Assembly: GCA_010093705.1 (NCBI GenBank)
Contig: MU006106.1
Location: 213,086 to 277,085, forward strand
Direction of reading: 5' to 3'
Length of the DNA stretch: 64,000 bases
DNA from: Patellaria atrata CBS 101060
Lineage: Eukaryota
The stretch's first letter is position 1. Each line of letters opens with the position of its first letter. A program made the translations under genes and the position numbers. A model generated the notes under the pieces. It did not search any database. It saw nothing but the letters and a program-made list of their open reading frames with translations, and was not told where the DNA came from. This document shows, piece after piece, positions 15,134 to 26,994 of the stretch.

Positions 15134-16894
15134 ATGTCGTCACCACCTAATGAAAATCGTGCTACCGCTCTCACCATCGATCCTACTTTCGCACGCGAAA
15201 TCGCTCAAATACTAGCAACTAATTCGGCTAATTCTACCAATGATTCTTCCCCTGTAGACTCTGTGTCCAATGGCCAAGCTACGAATGGACCGAGTAAGAA
15301 GAAGAAGAAGGCTAAATTGCCCCCAACTCCAACGGTCGCACCAAAAGACTTTGAAGAGCGTGGAGAACACAATGACAGAACGCCAAAGTTCCTTATGCGT
15401 ACGCAAGAGGGTAGGTAGTCGCGTGACCCTAAAGGAATATTGCTGACGGAACTTCTATTAGGTATCACGAAGGTCTTTTACGACTACTTGGAGTGGAACC
15501 AACGTAAACGTATCGATGACGGCAATGTTCCCGGAAGTCCCTGGGAATTTTTTAAAGGACCCGAAACGGCCAATAGGAACCGATACATCAATATTGACCC
15601 GTTTGCGCAAAACAGGATCAAGTTAGTGGTGCCGACCGGCCGAAACGCCTATATCAATGCCAGTCCCATTAAGACTACCAGTACGAAGAACGGACAAGTG
15701 AAGAACTTCATCGCCACACAAGTATGGTTTCCCTTCTCTACAACATGCAATCTCCCGCGATGTTAGCGCATTCCACCGGCACATTTCAACTTCAAAATAC
15801 ATCAGATCATTCATCTAGAAGCTGGTCAATCCCACCAAGTGATTGTTCAGTTCTGAAACGAAGACAGGATCAAGAATACAGCCACTTTTTCGTTTAAAAG
15901 CTGATAAATTTCATTCAAATGGTTGTTCCAGCTCCGAAACGAAGACCTTTATTCAACATACGCTAACGCCATGATTCAACTGGTATTGTATTGTATACAA
16001 GTGCTAAATCTATGACAGGGCCCTAGAAGCGATACTTGTGCCCACTTTTGGCGTATGCTCTGGCATGAGACCAAATCTCCGGCGGTGATTGTGATGCTCA
16101 CTAAACTTCAAGAGGGTGGGAGAGAAAAGTGCTTTCAATACTACCCGGAGTCGATGGCGAACCCCTTCTTACAAGTCAACCAACATGACGAATATAATGA
16201 CGGCTTAGTAATGACTGTCAAACTTGTGAGCATCACCCGTGATCCTGGATCTTGGACCACGATCCGCGAGCTGGAGCTCATCAGGCGTGATACGAACGAA
16301 TCACGCAAAGTTTTCCACCTCTTATTCGAAGGCTGGCCCGATTTCCTCGTCCCCGAGGACCAACAAGCGCTTTGTAATCTCGTCCGCCTATCACAGTGTA
16401 AGGCAAAGGATCTACAAAACCCCCGCATCGTCCACTGCAGCGCCGGAGTTGGCCGCTCTGGTACCTTTATCGCGCTCGACTGGCTTCTTCGAGAATTTCG
16501 TGATGGATCATGGTCGCCAATTCTTCGAGAGGAGGAGGAAGCTAACAAAGCGACTGACTCCGTCACTACTCTAAAGGATGGCAACGACCCTGCCGAAGCG
16601 GCCGACCACGACCCTGCTAAAGCGGATGCCCATGACCCTGTCAAAGATACAAAGGACCCTACCGAAGATACCAAGGACTTTGCCATCAAAGACATCAAGG
16701 ATCCGATTAGGGATATCGTGGACCAACTCCGCGAACAACGTCTCACCATGGTCCAGTCCGAGACCCAGCTTGCTTTTCTTTACAAGACCATGAGGGGTAT
16801 GTGGGATGCAAGTATGATGTTCGCAAATATTAATGAAGCGAATGAAAGGCCATTGGCATCCCTGGAGATTAATGATGCGCCCCGTGGAGGATAA
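15134..16894 (+). CDS. Classical protein tyrosine phosphatase (Ptp1-like), about 470 aa
   Basis: Exons 15134-15410, 15462-15721, 16019-16894. Motifs NRNRY, YINAS, FIATQGP..HFWRM, VMLTK, KCFQYYP, WPD loop (GWPDF), signature VHCSAGVGRSG, Q-loop LREQR..MVQ..Q. Confidence 0.95.
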
Positions 16895-17473
16895 ATCCAT
16901 GGAGAATAAGGAAGTTGCCTAACTTCGAACAAGTAACTTCCATCAGGTTCCGACTTCCATTTGGGCTTTCATTGTACAATTTTCACTACTTCTGGGCTTG
17001 TTGCTGCTTTTTCCACCCCATTGAGCTTTCGAACGAAGGTTCGGTCTGTATTTGTTCCTCCTTTTTCCTTTTTTCCTTTTTCACATCGAGCATCAGGATG
17101 AGATTTCCACGCGGTTGGCCGAATAGTGACGCCATCGCTCATATGCTCTGTTACATGTCTTCCCTCCCCCTCTCAGCTTTTGAGCAAGCGATGGTGCGAT
17201 TGGAGTAATCACGGTGGTTTTGGACCTTTTCCGGCTTAGGAGAGGGCAAGAGTGACGAGTTGGTGTTCGATTGATTGAATGATTGATTGGGTAGATGGTT
17301 CACCTCATATGGCTTTTCCCCTTGGGTATGTCATTAGTTTATCCACTTCCTCAGGCTAGAATCTTTCCCCCTGGGTTTGGCAGTGCGTCATCCCAACTTC
17401 CCCTTAGGCTAGAATTTGGTTTCACGACTTAGTCTAGTTACGAAATAAAAAATACAAGTTCTTTGCTTGTAAT

Positions 17474-17504
17474 GATGTGCGATGTGCGATGTGCGATGTG
17501 TGAT
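17474..17504. repeat. Heptamer microsatellite (GATGTGC), about 4 copies
   Basis: gatgtgc gatgtgc gatgtgc gatgtgt gat read directly from the sequence. Confidence 0.9.
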
Positions 17505-18166
17505 CTTTTTACTTGTTATGTCCTGCTTTATCTTTGGTACTGCATACATCCCTCTATACCCTCATACTTCTCTAAGGTACACTGCTTACGATCCGCCTCA
17601 CCCTTGTCTTGAAAATATGAATCCTCAATAGTGCGATCGATTCCTGTGACACAGCAGTCGAGTCCCCGATGAGAATCAGAAGAAGGGCGGTCAATCCCGT
17701 CAACAACGGAGGGGGAGGACAAGGAGGGGGGAGGTAGTTTGCTCACTGAACAAGGGAACAACTGTTATATAATCTACACAGAGGAGGAGAACGGGCGATT
17801 TACGCGTCTGATGAAGCGATCGATCTCACGGCATTCCCTGCGTTTAAGGATGTTATAACGAAGGTACTGGACCATAAAGTCTGGGCGGTAAAGTTACACG
17901 GGTTGTAGAGCTCGTATTTGTACTCTACTGTCAGCTCGATTATTGGCAGGGGCTGGTTATGAGTAATCTAGGACTGGGGGAATGAGTTACAATTATTGCT
18001 ACTCAGTCTGTCTCCTACACGAACCTGACGCCGTATATATACCCAAACCTCGACCTCGGACCCATCCCATCCGATCAACAAAACGCCTCTATGGAACGGT
18101 TATAAGCTTCTCACCAAACATCGCCGATGTATGAATACGCAACAGCAACACCCTCAACGACACTAC

Positions 18167-19594
18167 TCAAAACCCTTCTTCCGTGTCCTCTCCTTCGTCG
18201 AAACTCTCCACCTCGTCCACCGCCTCTGGTCTTTCTACCGCTTGTCCGCTATACCCCCCACTTCCAACCGGCTCCCTATCCGCTACGTGGATGACCTTCT
18301 TCCCGCTTCCCTCGGGCTCCTTCTCGATCTCTTTCCTCCACGCTCTCCAGTCGTCCTCGTCGCGGATGAGGAAGGCGATTAACATGGAGGGGTCGAGCTC
18401 GGAGACATGAACGCGGCGCAAACGTCGCGTGTGACAGGAATCGATGTCCTCGCGGGTGTATGACTCGGGGTTGGTGTGGAGGGGTAAAAGAGGGCGGGTA
18501 TGGTGGGGGTCGAGGTAGAAGTAGGAGTGGGCTTGATGGCCGATGAAGTAGTGCGAGGAACCTGGCCGACCGCCCGCGATGCCGATGGATTGCGGCATTT
18601 GCAACGTTGCGGCTAGGGAGGACCAGTAGACGGGTGTTATGCGGTCGATGCCTAGACGGGTGCCGATGAGCATGAGGGTTGGGGTGAAGGTGGCGGAGGG
18701 TTTGGCGATGGAGAGGAAGGAGTCCTCGTAGATGTCGGAGCCGTCGCCGGTTATGTATACTTTCATTCCGGCGGGTTCGTAGGAGTTTGTTAGGGCTCTG
18801 GGGTATGGTTAGTCTCGAGGTAAGTAGTAGAGGTATGGGGAAGCCGTACTGTATACACCGTGCGGTTGCTGAGGGGCCAAACCATTCGCCAGGATGCTTC
18901 CCACAGGCCGCTGCGCCGTGCTCTACAAATTTGTGTATTGAGAAGGGAGCTTTAGGGTCGTCTGCGAAAAGTGCTAATAGGGTTGTCTCGTCGTGAGTCT
19001 TGCTCCCTCTTCTCCACTCTGGAATATAATCAGCCCGTACTATTCGAGAAGGATATACTCGAATGGAGTCATACCTCTCCCAAATCTGAGGAATAGCAGA
19101 GAGTTCGCCAAAAGACACTGGCCAGAACGTATCATACATCCCCATCCCGAATCCGTGGCAAACCCTCCTTGATTCCCCAACTGACTCTTCAGCCGCACCG
19201 AGAAACTCATAGCCGACGTAGCCTTCGGATCTGGAGATTTAGGTATCGGGGTGAAGTTTGAACGATATGTTATCCATATCTTCGATTCAAAGTCATCTAG
19301 AAACGCCGGCGGCCACCCACCATCGTCTCCGTCGTTATTCTGTGCTTGGGAGTCATCCGCACTACTCGACCCGCTCTTTTCCTCCGTCCAAGAGTTATCG
19401 GAGCTATGAGAGACTGAGAGTTCGGTAAACGACTCTTCTGAAGCATCTGGTGGGCGTGAGGTCGAGTCCGGGGAAGAGTCATATCGCGTCCCTAGACACC
19501 ATATCGGAGCATTGGAAGGGTCGTCATTCCGGGGAATAGGGTCCCAGAAATACTGGACTACACGCTTGCTAAAACGACCGATATCATTTGCCAT
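18167..19594 (-). CDS. ATG4: Cysteine protease Atg4 (autophagy), about 439 aa
   Basis: Exons 19594-19075, 19018-18850, 18797-18167. Motifs IWITYR, DSGWGCMIRSGQ (catalytic Cys), GEWFGPS, SIGIAGGRP, YLDPH (catalytic Asp/His), LDPSML. Confidence 0.97.
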
Positions 19595-20349
19595 AATCGA
19601 GGGGCGTAGTGGAAAGAGTATAGGTGGGAGATGGGGGAAACAGCTATAAGCGGAGGTGGTGAGGAACGCGGTCTGGTGACGATGGCTGGCTGAAGGTCAA
19701 GGTGGTCAAAGCTTTTAGATAGAGACGTATCGTAATTAGCATTCGGTTGTATGTACAGCGACTTTGGAAGACTTTTTATTTCTTTCTCAAATTATAAGTC
19801 TTAAAAGTGCTATACAAAAGGCTTTCTATGCTTCACTATCTGAAGTTGAAGCAAAGGTGAGGTGGGCTGGGGGTTTGGCGGGGCAGCGGCCGGAAGACCC
19901 CTGTCCGTTCAGACCCCTGTCGGCTAATTGGAACTACCCACCATGCACGTCAACTCTCAATATAAATCCGAGAAACTTCAGCAACAAACAAACACTTCAA
20001 CAACAGGAACAGGAACATTGTTCACGCTCAATCATTCCGCATCATTCGTGCTAATATTCAGCATCATAAACTGATAAGCTCAAGCTTCTTGATACTTCTG
20101 TATCGACAGGCGCACTTTTTCTTACGCAGCACTCTTGTTTACTCTCTTCACAAAGTACCACAGTACACCCCCTTCATTCACTTTCACCTCCAATTTTCTT
20201 TTGTGATTCTATCTTCGCCTGCGCGTGTACTTTAATGTTTTTTATTGTCCTTGCGTCAACAACATCCTGGAAGTACATCTCGCCGTCTCGCATTTCACAT
20301 ATCAGTTGTCGCCACTCTACACTTTAGAGAAGCTGTTTCAAATCTCAAC

Positions 20350-22712
20350 ATGGCGAGGGGTAATAATAAGAGGAAGATTTCTCGAGATAGCGAAGAAAGG
20401 TTCATTGCGATGCAACAACCTCGTCGCGTTTCTACTTTTGCTCCGCCAGCTGATTATCACGGTGGAATTGGTCCCCAGCCAACTCAAATCAACCAGTGGA
20501 ACGCATTTGTTAACCGAACTGCTCGAGAAAGTACAAATGCTTTTTTGTCCAGTCCAAACGCAGCTTGGAATCAACCTGCCTTTCAACCAAGTTCAAGCAC
20601 AAACAGGAATGCACCTACTTCTCAGCCAAGTCTCTACGGTGTGTCGACACCCCAGGCAACTCCAAGCAATACAGTCACATCTCAACCCATTCAAGACAAA
20701 GGTGCCAAGACTAGTACTGTAAAGGACAATAGCCAGTCTTCCGCATATAGTTCCCGGGCTCGGTTGCGTTGGGTATCATCCTATGGATCTGGACTGCCTC
20801 AAGCAGGTAGGTGTATTATTTCAATATCATGTGATAGTTTACTGAGATAGTATTAGCTCAAGGACCTTCCTCACTTTCGAATGCTGCGCATCGCGCCGAT
20901 ATGCAGGAGTATGGCCAAGAGTGGTCATCATCCACAAACCTCCGACGCAGCAAACCCATCGGATTTATCAGCGCTGGTACTTTAAAACCGGAAATTCCCA
21001 GGTATGCACTACTCACCGAAGGACCATCAAATGAAACTTCCGCCGCCATGACTGAAGATATATCCGCTAAGCTCAGCATTGAGGATGAAACGCGTCAATT
21101 GTCTTCTCTCACCGCAGATCAGTTAGCAGTCAAAGCTCCATCAGAAGTCGATGAAGCTCCTGTACCGGAAGACCTCGAGTTCTTCGTTGATACTGTAGGC
21201 TCGGCTGTCGCTATAACTCTACCCCAACCACGTGTCCGTAGTCCCTCACCAACTTCTTCTTCTTCCAGTGAAGAAGAGATTTTATTCCAAGGCAGATCCG
21301 GTTACATGACAATAGTAGATCCTGTTGTCGATAAATTGCAACAGGTCTCCTTATCCGTTGGATCACCTAGTTCCAATCACAAGAGCAACTTTCAACTCTC
21401 AAAGCGCCCTATACTCCAAGACGAGGGGCCTGACGATGAAGCTGTTGCTGATTATCTTGAAAACATTGCGGCAAATGAAAATGATGGCAATGGGGCTAAC
21501 TTGACTAGCTTCCGTACATTATCAGCAAACGATGGAAACGCTATCTTTTTACCAAGTAAAGAGCCAGAGGGGACTGCGGCTTCGCAAAGTGCTTCGAGAT
21601 TCCGAAAAAGCGGCGGCTTGGGCGAAATCGATCTCGGCGACTTGAACAAGTATAAGGTATCGAAAGAACTGACTGGACCAGTCGAAGTCATCTTGGCCAA
21701 GCGTCGACGTAAAACAACGGGGTTCCAGTACCTCGTTCTCTACAAAGGTGGTATTATCCAAGACGCGCAGTGGATCCCACTTACGGCACTTGAGAGAAGT
21801 CCGGCAAGACGATTGATTTCGACCTTCGAAGATGTTCTCGTGCAAGAAGCGCTCGCTCGGCGTAATAATTTGAATGACGATGATGAATTCTCTGATGCAG
21901 ACGATTTCTACGATGACACCGATGAGAACGACGATTCCTCCGAAGACAACAAGGATGTTCGGCAGAGAAGGATCGATGAGTTGGACGACGAGATCATCGC
22001 GCGTCTACTTTCAAAGCAAGAAGAACTCGGAATGGGCTCCGACGAACTTCTACTTTATACTGCCGATGACATCAACAAGGCTGCTGCTGAGGTTAACGAT
22101 GCCGCCGCCGACGAAATCTGGGGAGGTCATCAGACAAGATACTATGGAGTCCCACAGCAGCAAAGGATGAGCGATCGCGCTATGGGAAAGCGTCCAGTTG
22201 GACAGTATCCCTCCGCAAGTCTCTTCGCAGATGTACTCGAGCAGAATCCGACCAAGGCCTATGACATCATGAACTTCGAAGCCCCTAGCCTGCGCAAGAA
22301 GTCCAAGGGCAATCAAGGCCTTGTCCCCTTTGGTTCGGGAGACGCCGAGCTCGAGGAGAGGATGCAGAAGACCTGGGAGAAGGACCGGGCCAAAAAGCGC
22401 CAGCGCAAGATTGAGCGCGAGGCCTTGCGCGCCGAAGGTCTCCTCGGTGGCGCGAAGGGGAAGAAGAAGAGCAAAGCCGGTCCCAGTACCGGTCCCAGCC
22501 GATCCCGCTACGCTAGAGCGGGTGGCGTGAGGTACCGGGACGGGGACATCGTGGCCGCCGGGGTTCCAGAACTTGGGGCCGAGAACCGTGGTCGGGCCTT
22601 GCTGGAGAAGATGGGGTGGAGTTCGGGTACGGCTCTAGGAGCCGAGCACAACAAGGGGCCCGTGGACCCGATCATCCACGTCGTCAAGAACTCCCGTGCC
22701 GGCTTGGGTTAG
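20350..22712 (+). CDS. SQS1: SQS1-like G-patch protein with chromo-like segment, about 770 aa
   Basis: Donor GTAGGT at 20807; in-frame acceptors at 20850, 20856 and 20862. Motifs LRRSKPIGFISAG, FFVDTVG, DEIIARLLSKQEELGMG, and C-terminal G-patch NRGRALLEKMGWSSGTALG..KNSRAGLG. Confidence 0.85.
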
Positions 22713-22974
22713 GCGTTCTTCGTTGGCGTGTGTTTTTCTCAGTTTTCGTAAAAACTGGGTATCGTGGGTTGAGTAGGTTTACGGTACGGTGCTAGATCAT
22801 CTTGAGGACTATTATATTGTACTTGTAGGCTAGTTTAGGGAAGTGGTATACCTGTCGTCAAAATTTGGTCTTGAATCTCCTCTGCTGTGACTTGTGTGGT
22901 CTAGTTTATCACCACGGCAGTATATGACACCGCTATTGCCAGTTTGGCAAGTTAGACGCTGAAACCCTCCGTGT

Positions 22975-23190
22975 AGTTATATCCCACATTCCTTACTGTC
23001 CCCTCCTATACCTCCCTCACCCTTCTTCTATATTCCCCCCATTCCCCTACCATCCCCTCCTACAGCCTCCCCACTCTCCTTCTCTAAACCCCCATCCCCC
23101 TACCATCCCCATCTATACCCTTCCAGCCCTGTCTATATATCCCCCATTTCCTCTCCATTCACGTCCCAAACCGCTCCCATCCCCTCCTCT
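22975..23190. repeat. Low-complexity C-rich tract with degenerate CCCCTACCATCCCC repeats
   Basis: Many C3-C5 runs and almost no G; 'cccctaccatcccc' occurs at about 23044 and about 23097. Confidence 0.75.
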
Positions 23191-23478
23191 CGCACGAGAG
23201 GCCTACGACCCGCTCCGGCCATAACTCACGGCTCGCGGGTATGCCGGGGATGGGGGAGTCGTGGGTACAGGATACTGGGGTGTATGCAGGGAACTATATC
23301 ACTGAGTCTGAAATACGATAGCAGCAGGGAGACGGTGCGGATAATATGTGAAGTGACGTCTTCATATCTTGATTCAACCCCGTCCATGACACCAACCCCC
23401 CATATCCCCGTAAAGAGGTACAAAAAACCCAATATCCCAATCCAACGCCCCAAACCCCTATGCCACCTTACGCACCCA

Positions 23479-25503
23479 TCACCCCTTCCCCGCCGATACC
23501 GCGCTCGCCCTCCGCACGGTGACAGCCTGTTCCCCACTCAGCGGCACACCTTTGACAAAGACGGCATTATCCTCCATAACCGAATTACCATATTTTATAT
23601 ACTTATGCCTGGCGCGCCAAACCCAATAGATGCCGGGAAAAAGTATCGTCGCGCCCACAATGGCGCAGGACCAATTCATATAATCAATAGTGCTCGGCGT
23701 AACCGGCACATACAACGGGGCGATATACATCACAATGACTAAACAACTCCAACACACGCTGGCGATGTTGATAGGATATCCCCATCTCCCGAGATCGAAG
23801 TGTGGGCGCGGGGGCAGGATACTCCGGCCGCGGATGAGGACGACGAGGATGGGTGTGACGTAGCCGATTTGCAACGTCACGCCACCGCCTGAGATGATGG
23901 ATTCCATGGCGATGTCGGAGCCAAGGGTGATAAGGCCGATGATGAGCTCGATGACGACGAGGGCCATCATGGCGCGCAGCGGGATGCCGAAGCGGGTGTC
24001 GACGTAGGCGAAATATTCGGAGTAGGGGTAAGCTTTATCGCGAGCCATGCTCCAGGCAAGACGGGAGCCGGAAAGGTTGTTGCCGACGATGATGAAGAAC
24101 TGTGGACATTAGTTGATGATGGGGAAAAAGGGGGAATGAGGAGGGTGACTTACATTTATACCCATATTCATGAAGGCGCAGAAGAGACCGCCGGCCCAGA
24201 CTGAGTTCATGACGTCGATGAACCAGTTAAGATAGGGCTGCGTCTCGCCCATGTAGCTCTCCCAGTTGGATGCTGTCCACAACATTACGATGGCACCGAG
24301 CCAGCTTGTGATGCTACAGAATACCATCGACCAGACCATGGCGCGCTATTTCAAATCTGTCAGTATGTCTTAATTGAATTAACTAATAAGGAACTTACAG
24401 GTGCTTGCCGAGCTGCGTCTTTCATCTCTTCCACAAGATGCATCATACCGTCCGTACCGTACAGAGCGTACATTGGTGAATAAAGTGACATTATGAAAAC
24501 CCAACCTTTGTTCCCGTAACCGGTGTTGTCGATGAACTTTTGGAAGATGAAATATGCATCGTGCTTAGGGGCCATAACGGAAAAAGCAATTGCCCAAGCG
24601 ATACCGAAACCTACAGTCCAGATCGCGCCCGAAACGTTCAATGCTGGTAGGATCCTATGTCATGTCAGAACTATACTCTTCTTCACAGAATGATACAGTG
24701 AGCATACCTAGGCATCAAATTGCATAGAACGGGACCGACAAGCAAGACTGAGTAAGTCAGCCACGTCAACCATGGCTGCTCACTGGTCAGTGACCCTCAT
24801 CATCTATGATCAAATAGGGAAGCATACCTTCCATTCGTAATCCGGATGAGTAACCTCCACAAATGCCTGGATGATGTTTGCGCTGTTCAAAGCGCAACTG
24901 GCAGCCGTGGAAATTTCTCCAACAAGGACAGCCCACCCGACTAGATAGGAAAGGAAAGGACGAACTCGAGGGGTGGCAACAGCTTGGGTGTAGTATCTTG
25001 AGCCTTTAGCGTCTTCCCATATACAAAGATCATTTATTCTCACTGTTGACCACCTGCTGTGGGCCAGATACCGCAATATTCGGCGAGAGAAGTCATGAGA
25101 AGCGTTTGGAAAATAGCAACAACGATACTGAGCTTGTGAGCTTTCTTTACATAGTAGAGTATTGGTTTTAGAAGACTAACGTTCCCCAGACCAGACCGAA
25201 CGGGCCCCCGATGTCGAAGATGGTCTCAAATAGTACAATATTACATGAGTAACTGGCTGATATCATGATCTGATAAGCGCATACTGAAGATAATGGTCAG
25301 AAAGCTGCTTTCCAGTCATTATGGAATATTTCCGTCATAAACTTACACGTCCAGAAGTTATACATGCGCTTAAGCTCGGGCTTCTTGCCCATAGACATGA
25401 GCAGGGCATCATCGCTAGTTACAGAGATCGCGTCGTCTGAGAGTGCTTTCTCGTCGACGTAGACCTCACCAGAGGGCGCATTCGGGTCCTCGTCGTACTT
25501 CAT
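23479..25503 (-). CDS. APC-superfamily amino-acid/choline/GABA permease (ACT/HNM1-like), about 549 aa, 8 exons
   Basis: Exons 25503-25347, 25283-25181, 25127-25044, 24996-24828, 24775-24708, 24654-24399, 24345-24154, 24099-23479, all GT-AG and in phase. Motifs GGPFGLVWG, SLAEY..IWPTAGGQY, HLVEEMKDA..APRAMV, SRLAWSMARD; many transmembrane segments. Confidence 0.93.
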
Positions 25504-26994
25504 GATGAACAAGAGAAGGAAGCTTCCACCTCACTCTAAACAATGAAGATGTTGCGAGAGCTTAAGTTCAGGTTCGACATGGGGGTCTTGGAAGGGTTTT
25601 ATGCGGGAAATACCAGCAGCAGGGAGTGTGACGCAGTGTGGTCAATTGGGTTGCAACTACGGCTTACTCTTTGCATGATTGGCCTGGTGGATCGGTGAAC
25701 AGGGCAGCATTTCGCGCATCTGGTACCTTTTGGTGCTTATCTTGACCACGGTAAACTGCTATCTGGAGTCTCTGCTAGCTTTTGGTGCCACTGAGCCAGC
25801 CAACTTTAGGCTTGAATCCCATAACGAGGTCTTGCTCCCATTTTCACCAAGGCCCATATTCTGATCTTCTGCAGCATCTGTCGTACAGAACTTGCAAACC
25901 CGATATGTTTTGACAAATCTTTCATGCTGAATGCGTATTTGCCCACAAAGCTGAACTGTCATGTCAAAATACGGTACCTATACAACATTCGTGTCGCGGT
26001 AAGCTAATACTATACGTGCTGAACGAATCCATACTTCTGTGACCTGTATTCTAGAAGCGCCCTGTACGGTATGGAGCTGTACCAAATTGTCCAAGAGAGG
26101 GCCCATCGGTACCAAGATACGCTCCGTGGGAGGGAGGGGACCCAGACCTGCAAGACACACCCTTTGGTGTTTCGGGAACGAACAACAAGAGGTGGTGGTT
26201 CTACCGCTTGGAGAGAGAGATAGGAGATGGTGGCGGCGGCGGCCCCAGCCGTCCCATACCCCACTGTCCCCGCCAACCTTAAGGAACCCTTGGAGGTAAT
26301 TAACAAATCCGGGCATCCCTTAAGCGATCTTCTAACGACACCTGCTGGCTCTCTAAAAGCCAATGCGGCATGTCCGTCAAGTAGACAACCACACACTCCC
26401 ATTTCCTGAACACTACAGCAAATTAGTAGATATCCTACTGATAACGAACAGGACTTTGAACGCGGAATTACGATAAGTCCATTTCCTCTCTGCATCTCAT
26501 GAGTTTTCTAGATTTCCAGAACGTCAACCGGGAATATCCCAGGGTCTGTGGGAGCTGTGAAGCTATTTGAATTCCGACTATTAGATTACTAGGGCTGAAA
26601 TGTAGAAGGATTGGAGCTACTGCTCGTAACTCATCATCTGTCCACGATGCATATTGACTCTACAGCTCTTGTACGGTACTTTTCGCCATCGTCTTTTCCG
26701 AATAAGGCAGCTGATTCCTTAGTTGATGGGCCTGATGTTTAGCAGACCGCTTCTCTTTCATTCTCCACCTACAATATTAGTAGCGCCTTCTCTCTTCTAA
26801 AGAGGTGATGGGCTGAACAGGTACGTTGTGTGTAGGGCGAAGATTTACTTAGTCAGTCCTTTGAAAAGAATAACCGTATAGTGGACCTTCCCACGATCGA
26901 ATAGCCGTCTTGATCCCTTTTTGTATTCTTGAAGGGACGAAGGTCATTCTTGCGTAAGCCCTGATATTCGAATATTTAGTGCGGGGGCATCAAC

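Noticed and set aside
15895..15950. CTGATAA..CGAAAC resembling a hammerhead ribozyme core
   Set aside because: The core deviates from CUGANGA and the flanking stems do not form.
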